From positions 1 through 64,000 of the forward strand of contig CAVWLW010000051.1 in the NCBI GenBank assembly GCA_963755715.1: a DNA stretch of 64,000 bases, in the 5' to 3' direction. The notes under the pieces were generated by a model. It saw only the letters and a program-made list of their open reading frames with translations. It ran no database searches and was not told the origin of the DNA. This document shows, in pieces, positions 19,290 to 30,288 of this stretch. Each line of letters opens with the position of its first letter. Positions within the stretch are counted from its first letter, which is position 1. This DNA is from an uncultured delta proteobacterium (GTDB lineage Bacteria; Desulfobacterota; Binatia; UBA9968). The translations under genes and the position numbers were made by a program.

Positions 19290-19676
19290 TTATTGTCGTT
19301 TATTCGATTCTTTTTCATACCAGTCTTCGTGCAGCGACCAACCTTCGCAGCTCAAACAAGCGGTCCAACGCCACTGATGGCCGCAGCCGGGGCAGCGCCC
19401 GCGGGTGCTGAAAGTGTTCCAGCACGTGCCGCAGCCGTCATCGAAGTATTCAGGATAATCGCAGGGCGCGCAAAACCAGCGGTGCGACGGTTTCGGTCGC
19501 CATTTGCATAGGGGACAGCGAATGCGGCCGAAGGCGGGCGACTGATCGGCACGACGGCTTGCTTTCGCAATAATTTTCTTCGAGGCGGCATTCTCTTGCA
19601 AAAGAAAAAACGCAGAGGGGCTAGCAGACAGCGGCCAAGCTATTGCCGTTCGCGTGCAAATTAAATTTGAAGCCAT
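19290..19676 (-). CDS. Cys/Trp-rich putative zinc-binding hypothetical protein
   Basis: CPLC, CAPC, GCGTCWNTF, CPGC, CLSC, HEDWY. Confidence 0.7.
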   Translation of the reverse strand: MASNLICTRTAIAWPLSASPSAFFLLQENAASKKIIAKASRRADQSPAFGRIRCPLCKWRPKPSHRWFCAPCDYPEYFDDGCGTCWNTFSTRGRCPGCGHQWRWTACLSCEGWSLHEDWYEKESNKRQ

Positions 19677-19722
19677 GACAAAGCAACATCCCTCGCTCAA
19701 CTACTGAATCCGAAAATTGCCG

Positions 19723-20202
19723 CTAAGCTTTCGGCTCCCGGCATCTTACAAAATTCACCATCTTCAGGCTCATTACCACTTCGCGTTTCTGGTTGAGAAC
19801 TTCGATAAAGGTGCGGACGATGCCGCGGTCGGGGCGGGATTCGGAGCGACGCGCTTCCAAAACCGTCGCGCGCACCGACAATTCATCGCCGGGAAAAACC
19901 GGCTTGTTCCAGCGCAGCTCGTCGCCGCCGGGCGAGCCGAGATTCGCAACTTGCGACAGATAGATTTCGGTGTAGATACGCATCATCAACGCCGCGGTAT
20001 GCCAGCCGCTGGCGATCACGCCGCCGTAAATACTATTTTTCGCGGCTTCTTTATCGACGTGATAAGAGAGCGGCACATAGCGCTTGCCGAATTCGATTAC
20101 TTCTTTTTCGTCGACCGCGATGGAACCGAATTCGTGAACGGCGCCGGGCACGTAGTCTTCGAAGTAACGGTCGTCAGGCGTTGATTTGAAATGACTTGTC
20201 AC
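19723..20202 (-). CDS. MaoC-family dehydratase
   Basis: RYFEDYVPG, GVIASGWHTA, LRWNKPVFPGD. Confidence 0.9.
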   Translation of the reverse strand: MTSHFKSTPDDRYFEDYVPGAVHEFGSIAVDEKEVIEFGKRYVPLSYHVDKEAAKNSIYGGVIASGWHTAALMMRIYTEIYLSQVANLGSPGGDELRWNKPVFPGDELSVRATVLEARRSESRPDRGIVRTFIEVLNQKREVVMSLKMVNFVRCREPKA

Positions 20203-20226
20203 GTGCTTTTCGAATAAAGGATTTGC

Positions 20227-20856
20227 TCAATCGCGTGTGCGCGCGGCGAGAATTCGTTGGGTTTTGGCGACGACGTCATCCGCGCCCAAAAGATCGCTAA
20301 TGATCGCTGCGGAGTCGGCGCCGGCCTGCCATACTTGTGTTACGTTCTGCTCGTTGATTCCGCCGATGGCGACGATGGGCAGCTTCACCGCAGCGCGAAT
20401 TTTGCCGAGCATTTCCACGCCGCGAGCCGCGTAGCCGGTATTTTTCGTCGTCGTGCCGAACATCGGACCGAAGCCGATGTAATCGGCGCCTTTTCGCTCG
20501 GCGTCTCGGGCTTGTTCGATGTCGTGCGTGGAAACTCCGACGATCTTTTGTCCGACAAGTTTTCTGCCGGCGGCGAGGGGGAGATCGTCTTGTCCGAGGT
20601 GAACGCCGTCGGCGTCACAGGCGAGGGCGACATCGACGCGATCATTGATGATTAACTTGCATCCATGGGCGCGCGTTTCAGCGCGCGCGAAGCGAGCCAG
20701 CTCCAGAAAATCCCTTGGCGTCATGGTTTTTACGCGCAGTTGGACAATGGCGGCGCCGCCGGCGAGCAGTTGGCGCAGCGCGTCCTCCGCGGCTCGGCCT
20801 TGGGTCTGTTCCGGATCGAGAATGGCGTAGAGCGGCGGCAAAACGAGCGAGGACAT
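20227..20856 (-). CDS. thiE: Thiamine-phosphate synthase
   Basis: QLRVK, INDRVD, GVHLGQDD, GVSTH, VAIGGI. Confidence 0.95.
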   Translation of the reverse strand: MSSLVLPPLYAILDPEQTQGRAAEDALRQLLAGGAAIVQLRVKTMTPRDFLELARFARAETRAHGCKLIINDRVDVALACDADGVHLGQDDLPLAAGRKLVGQKIVGVSTHDIEQARDAERKGADYIGFGPMFGTTTKNTGYAARGVEMLGKIRAAVKLPIVAIGGINEQNVTQVWQAGADSAAIISDLLGADDVVAKTQRILAARTRD

Positions 20857-20862
20857 GAAATT

Positions 20863-22308
20863 TTAAGAGGGTTCTTTTTTGAGCTCGATGCGCAGATCGG
20901 TGATTTTTTTTCGCAGCGTGTTGCGATTGATGCCGAGAATCTGCGCGGCGCGAATTTGATTGCCGTTGGTTTTCTTGAGCGTGAGATCGATCAGCGGCCG
21001 TTCGACCCGTTCGATGACGAGCGAGTAGAGATTGTCCACGTCGACGCCTTCGGTCCGGCGAAAATAGTCTTCGAGCTTGTGGCGAATGATCTCTTCCAGC
21101 GAAAGCTGATCGACTTCCAGGGTCGTTGTCGCGGGTTTGTTTTGCAGCGTGAAATCCTTCGGGAACAAGATCGGACCCGAGGACAGCACGGCGGCGCGGA
21201 TCAAAGTATTTTCCAGCTCGCGCACATTGCCGGGCCAAGTATGGCTTTCGAGGAGCTTTTGCGCCTCCGGCGAAACCCCGGAGATTTGAATGGCCATCTC
21301 GCGGTTGATCTTGTCGATGAAATAGCCGATCAAAAGCGCGATATCGCCGCGCCGCTCACGTAGCGGCGGCAGATAAATCGGGATGACTTTGAGCCGGAAA
21401 TAGAGATCCTCGCGAAAGCGTTTTTCTTTGACCGTCTTATCCAGGTCTTGATTGGTGGCGGCCAGAATCCGCACGTCGGCTTTCAAGACGTCCCGGCCGC
21501 CGACCCGGCTGTATTCGTGATCCTGCAAGACCCGCAATAATTTGGTTTGTAGCTCCAACGGAATATCGCCGACTTCGTCCAGGAACAGCGTGCCGCCTTC
21601 GGCCAGTTCGAACTTGCCGAGGCGGCGATCGAGGGCGCCGGTGAATGCGCCTTTTTCATGGCCGAACAGTTCGCTTTCGAGCAAGTCGCGCGGAATCGCG
21701 GCGCAGTTGATTGCCACGAAAGGTTGGTTCCAGCGCGGCGAGTTATAGTGGATCGTTTTGGCAACGAGTTCCTTGCCGGTGCCGCTCTCGCCCAAAATCA
21801 AGATCGTCGCGAGGGTATCGACGACCTGACCGATCGTTTTGTAGACAACTTGCATGCTCGGGCTGGTGCCGATGATATTGACGCCGGGCTCGAAGCGTTT
21901 CTTCACTTCCTCTTTGAGCTCGCGAAAATCACGGCTGAGCTTGCGGCTGTCCATCGCTCGCTTGACCAGCACCAGCACCTCATCGAGGTCAAAAGGTTTG
22001 GTGATGTAGTCGAAGGCGCCGTTCTTCATCGCGCCGATCGCGTTGCGCATGGTGTTCTGGGCCGTCATTAAAATCATCGCCGTGTCGGTGCCGTTCTCTT
22101 TGATCTCTTTCAAGAGATCCAGGCCGTCGACGTCCGGAAGTTTGATGTCCATCAGCGAAATGTCGAAATGGCTATCCGTCAGGAGCCGCCGCGCGCTCGC
22201 GCCGTTGGCCGCGGTTTGCACCCAGTAGCCCTCGGTTTCGAGGGCCTTCTGCAATACGAACCGGAGTGATTCTTCGTCTTCGGTAATGAGAATTTTTCCT
22301 TGGTCCAT
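20863..22308 (-). CDS. ntrC: NtrC-family sigma54-dependent response regulator
   Basis: REC domain, [24 protein letters not shown], Fis-type HTH. Confidence 0.9.
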   Translation of the reverse strand: MDQGKILITEDEESLRFVLQKALETEGYWVQTAANGASARRLLTDSHFDISLMDIKLPDVDGLDLLKEIKENGTDTAMILMTAQNTMRNAIGAMKNGAFDYITKPFDLDEVLVLVKRAMDSRKLSRDFRELKEEVKKRFEPGVNIIGTSPSMQVVYKTIGQVVDTLATILILGESGTGKELVAKTIHYNSPRWNQPFVAINCAAIPRDLLESELFGHEKGAFTGALDRRLGKFELAEGGTLFLDEVGDIPLELQTKLLRVLQDHEYSRVGGRDVLKADVRILAATNQDLDKTVKEKRFREDLYFRLKVIPIYLPPLRERRGDIALLIGYFIDKINREMAIQISGVSPEAQKLLESHTWPGNVRELENTLIRAAVLSSGPILFPKDFTLQNKPATTTLEVDQLSLEEIIRHKLEDYFRRTEGVDVDNLYSLVIERVERPLIDLTLKKTNGNQIRAAQILGINRNTLRKKITDLRIELKKEPS

Positions 22309-22309
22309 G

Positions 22310-23419
22310 TTAGTCAGCTACCACCAGCGAGACCCTAAAGATGCTGCCCCTTCCTTCGATGCTTTCGACCCGGATCGTGCCGCCATGTTCTTTGATGATG
22401 CGATAGCAAGTGGCCAAACCCAGTCCAGTGCCGTTATTTTTGGTCGTGAAGAACGGCGAGAAGATATGCGCTAGATCTTCTTCGCGAATGCCGCACCCTT
22501 CGTCGGCGAGGTCGACCCAGATGAAGCGATTGGGCGCCGTGCCGTGTTCCCGGACATGATAATCGGTTTCCAGTCGCGTCGTCACTGTGAGGGCGCCGCC
22601 GCCGGCCATCGCCTGAAAGGCATTTTTCACCAGGTTGAGAAAAACTTGGGTGAGTTGAGCGCGATCGCCGCGGATCGGCGGCAGGCTCGGATCAAACCAT
22701 TTTTTCATATGAATCTCGCCAGCGCCAACGGCTTGGCTCTCGAGCAGCAATACGTCTTCCAAAATTTCATGGATGTTGACCGGGCCCAGCGTCAACTGCG
22801 CGGGCCGCGAGAGATCGAGCAATTGCTCGATCAGTTGATTCACTCGGTCCACCTCGCGGATCATGATGCCGGTAAAATCGCGCAGCGAAGAGTTGCCGTC
22901 GGCGGAACGGCGTAAAAATTGCGCCGCTCCCTTGATGCCACCGAGTGGATTGCGAATTTCATGGGCCAAGCCTGCTGCCAAAGTACCCATCAAGGCCAGG
23001 CGATCGGCGCGTTTAAGATCTTCTTCTAGTTCCTTGCGGCGCTTGATGTCGCGCAAAAGCAGTATCGTGCCGACAAAACGGCCATGCCGATCTTGGAGCG
23101 GTGAAACCGTGATGCCGACCGGTGTCTTGCGGCCCCAGCGGTTGATGAAATCGCCTTCGCCACGCGCCCGCTTTTGGCGCGGCGGATACGTGGTCTTGAC
23201 GAGCTCGATCAGCCACGGCTCGCGTTTGAAGATTTGCTCCAACGCTTGACCGACCGCCGCTCCCGAAGAGATGTCGGTGAGCACTTCCGAGGCTTCGTTA
23301 AAGAAAATAACTTTTTGCTCGACGTCGAGAGCGATGACCCCGTCATCCAGATTGGCAAGTATCTGTTCCCAGGATATCTGTCGAGCAGAGCGCCGTTTTG
23401 ACGCGAGCAAAGGCTTCAT
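22310..23419 (-). CDS. ntrB: PAS histidine kinase, NtrB-like
   Basis: LAHEIRNPLGGIKGAAQ, NLVKNA, FFTTK, GTGLGL. Confidence 0.88.
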   Translation of the reverse strand: MKPLLASKRRSARQISWEQILANLDDGVIALDVEQKVIFFNEASEVLTDISSGAAVGQALEQIFKREPWLIELVKTTYPPRQKRARGEGDFINRWGRKTPVGITVSPLQDRHGRFVGTILLLRDIKRRKELEEDLKRADRLALMGTLAAGLAHEIRNPLGGIKGAAQFLRRSADGNSSLRDFTGIMIREVDRVNQLIEQLLDLSRPAQLTLGPVNIHEILEDVLLLESQAVGAGEIHMKKWFDPSLPPIRGDRAQLTQVFLNLVKNAFQAMAGGGALTVTTRLETDYHVREHGTAPNRFIWVDLADEGCGIREEDLAHIFSPFFTTKNNGTGLGLATCYRIIKEHGGTIRVESIEGRGSIFRVSLVVAD

Positions 23420-23541
23420 GAATTTTTACGACGAATCATAGCAAATACCGGCGGTGACGCAATCACACGAGGCGTTCGGGCCTTGCATTGGCAAGGTTGG
23501 CCATGGTATTAATTTTCTTACACTTTAGGAGTTAGTACTTG

Positions 23542-23565
23542 AAGTGGGCTTTGCCCGCTTTTTTT
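23542..23565 (+). promoter_or_regulatory. rimP-leader-like hairpin with U tract (attenuator)
   Basis: AAGTGGGC-TTT-GCCCGCTT-TTTTT just upstream of rimP. Confidence 0.7.
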
Positions 23566-23583
23566 GTTTCTGGGGCCGCAGGT

Positions 23584-24072
23584 ATGGATGCGACCATCTC
23601 CCGCGTTTGGGAACTTGCCGCGCCGTTGGCGGAAACGCAGGGAATGGAGATTATTGATATCGAGCTCAGGCGCGAGGGCACCCGCGCAGGCCGGGTGCTG
23701 CGTTTGTACCTCGATAAAGCGGGCGGACCCAATATGGACGAGCTAAGCCAAGTAAGCCGGGAGCTGAGCGCACTTTTGGATGTTCACGACGTCGTTGACG
23801 GTGTTTATACGCTGGAGGTTTCCTCGCCGGGAATTAATCGGCCGCTCAAGCGGCCCGAACATTTTGTTCCTTTTATCGGCAAGAAGGTTCGAGTGCGCAC
23901 TCGGGAGATGATCCACGGGCGAAGGTCGTTTCTCGGCCCGCTCTTGGAAGTTTCCGCCGATAAGATTACCTTGAGTCAGGATGGCGCGCGCTGCGAAGTT
24001 CCGTTCGCGCTGATTGAAAAGTCGAATTACGAGCACGACTGGAGTGCCGAATATGCAGCAGGATCTAAATAG
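23584..24072 (+). CDS. rimP: Ribosome maturation factor RimP
   Basis: LRLYLDK, YTLEVSSPGINRPL; first gene of the nusA-infB operon. Confidence 0.95.
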   Translation: MDATISRVWELAAPLAETQGMEIIDIELRREGTRAGRVLRLYLDKAGGPNMDELSQVSRELSALLDVHDVVDGVYTLEVSSPGINRPLKRPEHFVPFIGKKVRVRTREMIHGRRSFLGPLLEVSADKITLSQDGARCEVPFALIEKSNYEHDWSAEYAAGSK

Positions 24073-25414
24073 GGTCATCGAACAGGTCAGTAAGGAAAAG
24101 GGCATCGACAAGGCGATTCTCATCAGCGCTTTGGAAAACGCCATGATTTCGGCGGCGAAGAAAAAGTTCGGCCATCTGCGCAAGATCGAAGCGCAATTCA
24201 ATCCTGAGATCGGTGAAGTCGAGCTCTTCGAAGCCAAAACCGTCGTACAAGACATTCAGGACGAGGCCACCGAGATTACGTTGCAGGACGCGAAAGATAA
24301 CCTCGATCCCGATGCTGAGGTCGGCGACGAGCTGCTATGCAAACTCGATTCGAGCCTCTTCGGACGAATCGCCGCGCAGGCCGCCAAACAGAATATCGTC
24401 CAGCGATTGCGCGACGCGGAGCGTGAGATTATCTACAACGAATTCAAAGGACGCGAAGGGCAACTCGTCAACGGCATCGTGCAGCGCTTCGAAAAGCGCA
24501 ACATCATCGTCAATCTCGGCCGCACGGATGCCATTTTACCGGAAAAAGAACAGGTACCGCGAGAACGCTATCGTCAAGGCGATCGGATCCGCGCCTACAT
24601 CGTGAGCGTCGAGATTACCAGCCGCGGGCCGCAAATTGTTCTATCGCGCACGCATCCAGGCATGCTGATTCAACTCTTCGCTCAGGAAGTTCCGGAGATT
24701 TACGAAGGCATCGTCGAAGTCAAGGGCGCCGCGCGCGAACCGGGCGGGCGCGCCAAGATCGCGGTGGTTTCCCATGATCCCGACGTCGATCCCGTGGGCG
24801 CTTGTGTCGGTATGAAAGGCACCCGGGTGCAAGCGGTCGTGCAGGAATTACGCGGCGAGAAAATCGATATCGTGCACTGGCTACCGGATCAGGCGGAGTT
24901 TGTTTGCCGAGCCTTGGCGCCGGCCAAGGTTTCGAAAATTCTTATCGACGACGAAGATCATACGATGGAAGTCATCGTGCCCGACGATCAGCTTTCGCTC
25001 GCGATCGGCAAAAAGGGGCAGAACGTCAGGTTGGCGTCTCGCCTCACGGCGTGGCGCATCGACGTGCGCAGCGAAGCCGAGGCCGAGGAAGAGACACGGC
25101 GGGCGCGCCAATCCATTGGCGCGATACCCGGCATTGGCGATTTCGCCTCGGAGCTGCTCTACCAAGAGGGATTTAAATCGGCGGAAGATGTCGCCGATAG
25201 CCCGCTTGAAGAGATTCTCGACGTCGAGGGCATCAGCAAAGAAAAGGCCGAGGCTTTGCACAGTTCGGCCAAGCAATATGTCGCCGAGAAACGTGCGCGC
25301 GAAGCCGAGGCGGCAGCTGAAGCCGCTGCGGCAGCGGCAGCCGCAGCCGAAGCGGCAGCAAGCGCGGCGAGTGCCCTGGCCGCGACACCGGAGCAGGAGT
25401 CGCCACCCGAATAG
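24053..25414 (+). CDS. nusA: Transcription termination factor NusA
   Basis: FGRIAAQAAKQ, AREPGGRAKIAV, LAIGKKGQNVRLA; Ala-rich tail. Confidence 0.97.
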   Translation: MQQDLNRVIEQVSKEKGIDKAILISALENAMISAAKKKFGHLRKIEAQFNPEIGEVELFEAKTVVQDIQDEATEITLQDAKDNLDPDAEVGDELLCKLDSSLFGRIAAQAAKQNIVQRLRDAEREIIYNEFKGREGQLVNGIVQRFEKRNIIVNLGRTDAILPEKEQVPRERYRQGDRIRAYIVSVEITSRGPQIVLSRTHPGMLIQLFAQEVPEIYEGIVEVKGAAREPGGRAKIAVVSHDPDVDPVGACVGMKGTRVQAVVQELRGEKIDIVHWLPDQAEFVCRALAPAKVSKILIDDEDHTMEVIVPDDQLSLAIGKKGQNVRLASRLTAWRIDVRSEAEAEEETRRARQSIGAIPGIGDFASELLYQEGFKSAEDVADSPLEEILDVEGISKEKAEALHSSAKQYVAEKRAREAEAAAEAAAAAAAAAEAAASAASALAATPEQESPPE

Positions 25415-25416
25415 GC

Positions 25417-25686
25417 GTGTCTAGAAAGGGACACCGACCGCAGCGGACTTGCTTGGGCTGCGGCCAGCGAGATGATCAAGACGAACTGATCCGGCTGAGT
25501 TTGACGGAGCAGGGCCGATTGATCTTAGATCAAGTTCACGGGCGCGGCGGTTACTTACACCGAAACTCAACCTGCTGGCATTCGTTTTTGAAGCGCAAAG
25601 GCCAATATCGCGCGTTCCATGCGGAAGTTGACCGGGCGGCGAAGGAAAAATTGATCGAGCTACTTAAAGATCGAGACTGGGAGTAA
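25417..25686 (+). CDS. ylxR: YlxR/RnpM family RNA-binding protein
   Basis: [15 protein letters not shown]; conserved position between nusA and infB. Confidence 0.88.
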   Translation: MSRKGHRPQRTCLGCGQRDDQDELIRLSLTEQGRLILDQVHGRGGYLHRNSTCWHSFLKRKGQYRAFHAEVDRAAKEKLIELLKDRDWE

Positions 25687-25693
25687 AGAGGAG

Positions 25694-28441
25694 ATGGGTA
25701 AGACAAGAGTCCATCTGTTAGCCAAAGAATTAGGAATTGAAACGAAGGATCTCATCGCTCAGCTGGACAGGTTGGGAATGAGAGGTCGTAAAGCCCAGAG
25801 CGCGCTCGAAGACGACGAGGTCGCGCGGGTGCGCGCTGCTTTGGCGGCCCAGGAAAAACCGCAAATTCATGTAGGTGAGGAAAAAATCGTTGCGGACCGA
25901 ATGGTCAAAAGTGAAGTTGAAGGATTAGGCGCGGCGGAAGCGCATGAAACAGTAGTCGAGCGGCGCGTGCGCGCCAATGTTATTCGCCGGCGCGTCAACC
26001 GCACTGAGGTTGCGCCGTCGGAATTAGTAACCGCGCCCGCCGAAGCGGTCAAAGCCCCAGCCATCGAACAGCCTCCTTTAAGCACCGAGCCGGTTGCGCC
26101 GGCGGCACCTGTTGAGGAATTCCCAGTTGAAACGTCATCGGAAATCGAAGCGGCGGAAGAATCCGCCGCACCGACAGGGACGCCGTCGTTAGTTGAGCCA
26201 GCACCGAAAGAAAAAAGAGAAGAAGCCGCCGAGCCGATCGCACCGGCTGTCCCACTTCAAGCCGAGCCCGAGAAAGCAACAGCCGTTCACGCTCTCGCGC
26301 CGACGCCGCAAGAAGCGCCGCGTGGCGCGCGTATCCTCGGCCGCATTGATTTGAAGCAAACCATGCGAATTGAACCAGCGCCGACGCCAGTGCGGCGACC
26401 GCCGGGCGCGCCAGCTGCTCAGCCGGGTGCGCGCGTTGCGGAAGGAGAAAAGCCGCAGGGTGAACAGGCAACCGGTGAAGAGAAGCCGAAAGCCGGGCGA
26501 CACAAACGGCGAGTCGTCAAGAAGCAGGATGTGCTGGAGTTGAGAGAAAAAGAACTGCGCGGCGGTCGGATTCCCAAGAAAAAGCGCGTGCTCCCCGGCA
26601 AAGAAGTCCGCAAAACCGAGATCACGATTCCCCGGGCGAGTAAGCGGGTGATTAAGATTTCCGAAGTGGTCACGGTGGCAGACTTGTCCAGAGAAATGGG
26701 CGTGAAGGCGGGTGAGGTCATCAAAAAGTTGATGGGCATGGGTATGATGGCGACCATCAACCAAGTGCTCGACGCGGATACCGCGACTTTGATCGCGTCC
26801 GAGTTCGATCACCAAGTAGAAAATGTCGCCTTCGATGCCGACAGCGCCTTGGAGTTGGAGCATCAAGTCGAAGAGCAGGAAACTGCGCTGTTGCCGCGCT
26901 CGCCGGTAGTGACGATCATGGGCCACGTCGACCACGGCAAGACCTCCTTGCTCGACGCCATTCGCAGCACGAACGTAACCGCACAGGAGCATGGCGGAAT
27001 CACCCAGCACATCGGCGCGTATCACGTCCAGGTCGATGGCCGCAGCGTAACGTTTCTCGATACGCCGGGCCATGAAGCTTTCACCGCCATGCGCGCTCGC
27101 GGCGCCAAGGTAACCGATATCGTCGTCTTGGTGGTGGCCGCGGACGATGGCGTCATGCCGCAAACCGTCGAGGCGATCAACCACGCGCGCGCTGCCGAGG
27201 TGCCGATCATCGTCGCGGTCAACAAGATGGACCGGCCCGACGCCAATTTGGAAAAAGTAAAGCGCGGACTCTCAGAATACGGCTTGGCCGCCGAAGACTG
27301 GGGCGGCGATACCGTCTTTGCCCCGGTGTCGGCGAAGACCCACGAAGGCATACCGCACCTTTTGGAAATGCTTCTGCTTCAAGCCGACATCTTGGAGCTC
27401 AAAGCCAATCCGGACAAGCTGGCGCGCGGCACCATCGTCGAGGCCAAGCTCGATCGCGGCCGCGGCCCTGTGGCAACCGTCTTGGTCCAGGAGGGCACGC
27501 TGCACGGCGGCGATGCCTTTGTTTGCGGTGTTTATTACGGCAAGGTTCGGGCGCTGATCGATGATCACGGCCGCAAGGTGGAATCGGCGCCGCCGTCGTT
27601 TCCCGTCGAGATTCTCGGCCTTCAAGGCGTGCCGTTGGCGGGCGATTCTTTCGTGGCCGTGGCCGACGAAGCGAAGGCGCGCCAGGTGGCCGAGTATCGC
27701 CACAGCAAACAACGTGAAACGGAGCTCGTGAAATCGAGCAAGGTTTCTTTGGAAGAGCTCTACGATCAGATCAAGACCGGGGACGTGAAGGAGCTTCGCG
27801 TGGTTCTCAAGGGCGACGTGCAGGGTTCCGTCGAGGCCGTGACGGATGCGCTGAGCCGGATGTCGACGAACGAAGTCAAGCTTCGAGTGATTCATGGCTC
27901 GGTCGGCGGCATTACCGAGAGTGATATCCTGTTGGCAGCGGCTTCGAACGCGATCGTCATTGGCTTTAACGTGCGGCCGGAATCGAAGGGCGCGGCGCTG
28001 GCGGCGAAAGAGGGCGTCGACGTAAGATTGTACACGATCATTTACGAAGCGGTTGCCGATGTTCGGGCCGCAATGGAAGGCATGTTGGAGCCGACCTACC
28101 GCGAGCAAACGCAAGCGCGTGTCGAGATTCGTCAGATTTTCAACATCGCCGGCATCGGCACGATCGCCGGTTGCTATGTGACCGAAGGCAAAGTCGCGCG
28201 CGGCAACATGGTGCGTCTGCTGCGCGACCAGGTCGTAGTTCACGAAGGCAAACTGGCGAGCCTCAAGCGTTTCAAGGACGATGTGCGCGAAGTCGCGGCG
28301 GGCTATGAGTGCGGCCTCTCTCTGGAAGGATTTCAAGACATCAAGCAAGGCGACGTTCTCGAGTCGTACGAGCGCATCCCGGTGATACGGCGCATCACAC
28401 CCGCTCCGACAGGGCGTGAAGGGCCGCGCCCCGGCGTCTAA
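25694..28441 (+). CDS. infB: Translation initiation factor IF-2
   Basis: [25 protein letters not shown]. Confidence 0.98.
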   Translation: MGKTRVHLLAKELGIETKDLIAQLDRLGMRGRKAQSALEDDEVARVRAALAAQEKPQIHVGEEKIVADRMVKSEVEGLGAAEAHETVVERRVRANVIRRRVNRTEVAPSELVTAPAEAVKAPAIEQPPLSTEPVAPAAPVEEFPVETSSEIEAAEESAAPTGTPSLVEPAPKEKREEAAEPIAPAVPLQAEPEKATAVHALAPTPQEAPRGARILGRIDLKQTMRIEPAPTPVRRPPGAPAAQPGARVAEGEKPQGEQATGEEKPKAGRHKRRVVKKQDVLELREKELRGGRIPKKKRVLPGKEVRKTEITIPRASKRVIKISEVVTVADLSREMGVKAGEVIKKLMGMGMMATINQVLDADTATLIASEFDHQVENVAFDADSALELEHQVEEQETALLPRSPVVTIMGHVDHGKTSLLDAIRSTNVTAQEHGGITQHIGAYHVQVDGRSVTFLDTPGHEAFTAMRARGAKVTDIVVLVVAADDGVMPQTVEAINHARAAEVPIIVAVNKMDRPDANLEKVKRGLSEYGLAAEDWGGDTVFAPVSAKTHEGIPHLLEMLLLQADILELKANPDKLARGTIVEAKLDRGRGPVATVLVQEGTLHGGDAFVCGVYYGKVRALIDDHGRKVESAPPSFPVEILGLQGVPLAGDSFVAVADEAKARQVAEYRHSKQRETELVKSSKVSLEELYDQIKTGDVKELRVVLKGDVQGSVEAVTDALSRMSTNEVKLRVIHGSVGGITESDILLAAASNAIVIGFNVRPESKGAALAAKEGVDVRLYTIIYEAVADVRAAMEGMLEPTYREQTQARVEIRQIFNIAGIGTIAGCYVTEGKVARGNMVRLLRDQVVVHEGKLASLKRFKDDVREVAAGYECGLSLEGFQDIKQGDVLESYERIPVIRRITPAPTGREGPRPGV

Positions 28442-28480
28442 ACGGCGGGTCGAAGCCGCTTTTCGAATCGCTCTATCTCC

Positions 28481-28768
28481 ATGGTGGTGGGCGTTCTCAA
28501 GCTCAAGCTAATCATTCCCGAAAACCACTCGCTCAAGGGCAAGCGCGGCGTTCTCAAGAGCGTCCAGGCGCGGGTCGCCAACCAATTCAACGTGTCGGTC
28601 ACGGAGTGCGGTGATCACGACCTTTGGCAGAGCGCGATTTTGGGATTTGCCCTTGCCGGCACCAGTCAGCCGATTGTCGAAGCGACTTTAAATAAAGTGG
28701 TTGATTTTGTCGAAGCGCTCGGTTTGGCCCAGTTGAACGGCACCGAAGTGGAATGTTTTCATTGCTAG
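28481..28768 (+). CDS. DUF503 (YlxP) protein
   Basis: HSLKGKRGV, FNVSV, DLWQ; position after infB. Confidence 0.9.
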   Translation: MVVGVLKLKLIIPENHSLKGKRGVLKSVQARVANQFNVSVTECGDHDLWQSAILGFALAGTSQPIVEATLNKVVDFVEALGLAQLNGTEVECFHC

Positions 28769-28829
28769 CTTGCGCGAGTCCGGCCAACTTCAGTGGTTGT
28801 CCTGGATCGTGCGGCCTTCTTTTTTAAGT

Positions 28830-29162
28830 ATGGAGTTTCAACGATCCGATCGCGTCGGCGACTTGCTGCGCGAAATTCTCGCCGAGCTCTTGCGCCGCGA
28901 CATCCGTGACCCACGGGTCCGGTCCGTCAATCTGACGGAAGTGAAAGTGAGCAAGGATCTCAGGCATGCCAAAGTGTTTTTCAATCTTCTCGGTGACGAC
29001 GTCGACAAGAGCGAGGTGTTGGCCGGATTGAAGAGCGCCACGGGATTTATCCGTGCGAAAGTCGGCAAGCAACTCAATCTTCGCTTCGTGCCGGCCATTG
29101 AATTTGTCTACGATGAGACCGAGGAAGAGGCCCGGCGCATCGAAGACCTGTTGAAATCGTAA
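28830..29162 (+). CDS. rbfA: Ribosome-binding factor A
   Basis: RSDRVG, DPR, VSKDLRHAKVF, LRFVP. Confidence 0.95.
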   Translation: MEFQRSDRVGDLLREILAELLRRDIRDPRVRSVNLTEVKVSKDLRHAKVFFNLLGDDVDKSEVLAGLKSATGFIRAKVGKQLNLRFVPAIEFVYDETEEEARRIEDLLKS

Positions 29163-29227
29163 GCGATAGCACCTAAGCATCGTAGACTCAGTTTCGAATC
29201 GGTTCTTCTGGTTTTCCCAAGTTTTTT

Positions 29228-30130
29228 ATGATGACACAAAACGGCATTTTGCTGATCGATAAGCCGGAGGGTCCTTCGTCGGCTCAGGTCGTGCACCAAG
29301 TCAAAAAGATTTTGGGCGCCAAGAAAGTCGGCCATCTCGGCACGCTGGATCCGTTTGCTTCGGGCCTGCTCCTCATCGGCGTCAACGAGGGCACCAAGAT
29401 TGCCGATATTTTCCTCGGCGGCGTGAAAAGTTATCGCGGTGTAATGATGCTCGGCATCGAAACCGACACTCAGGACGGCACGGGAAAGGTCGTGCTGGAA
29501 CGGCCCGTGCCGAACATCAGCAAATCCGAGCTGCGCAGCTTGGAGAAAAAATTCACTGGCGCGCTTCAACAGGTGCCGCCGATGTTCTCGGCTCTCAAGA
29601 AAGACGGGGTGCGGCTGTACCGCTTGGCGCGCCAGGGAAAAGAAATTCCGCGTGAGCCGCGTTCGATCCGGATCGACGCGCTCTGCCTGAAGCCATTGAG
29701 CGATCGCGAGGTCGAAATCGAAGTTACCTGCTCGCGCGGAACTTACGTCCGGACATTGGCGGCTGACATGGGGAAGGAACTCGGTTGTGGCGCCCATCTA
29801 AAAAATCTCCGGCGTGTCGCGTGCGATCATCTCGCGGTCGCGCAGGCGATCGACATCGAGGAGCTGAAAAACAACTTTTCGACGGGATTGGTCCCGCTCC
29901 TCTCCCTCAGCTCGGCGTTGAATCATCTGCGCGCCGTGACATGGCAGAGCCCGCTCGTGACTCGCTTACGGTTGGGACAGCAAGAAGCGCTCGGACAAAT
30001 CGGCAACCGCATGAATGGCGAAGTTTTCGTCCGCGTCCTCGACGCGCGCGGTGAGCTCGCGGCATTGGCGAAATGGAACGAGGATATCCCCGGCGGCCGC
30101 TGGCGGCTATCCCGGGTATTCCATGAATAG
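29228..30130 (+). CDS. truB: tRNA pseudouridine(55) synthase
   Basis: KVGHLGTLDPFASG, PPMFSALK, CSRGTYVR. Confidence 0.95.
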   Translation: MMTQNGILLIDKPEGPSSAQVVHQVKKILGAKKVGHLGTLDPFASGLLLIGVNEGTKIADIFLGGVKSYRGVMMLGIETDTQDGTGKVVLERPVPNISKSELRSLEKKFTGALQQVPPMFSALKKDGVRLYRLARQGKEIPREPRSIRIDALCLKPLSDREVEIEVTCSRGTYVRTLAADMGKELGCGAHLKNLRRVACDHLAVAQAIDIEELKNNFSTGLVPLLSLSSALNHLRAVTWQSPLVTRLRLGQQEALGQIGNRMNGEVFVRVLDARGELAALAKWNEDIPGGRWRLSRVFHE

Positions 30131-30288
30131 GGCGAATTATTGACTGGCCGCGAGCCATCGGATAGGGTTTATGATTACGGCACAAGATTAAGTCGCCGTA
30201 ACGCGCGGCTTTAGTCCGATTGTTGATTCGCATAGGCACCGATCCACTTAAGACGCGCAAGATCAAGAAAGGAAAAACAAGTCAACTC

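Noticed and set aside
25300-25385. GCN repeat / poly-Ala tract in nusA
   Set aside because: Ordinary low-complexity C-terminal tail.
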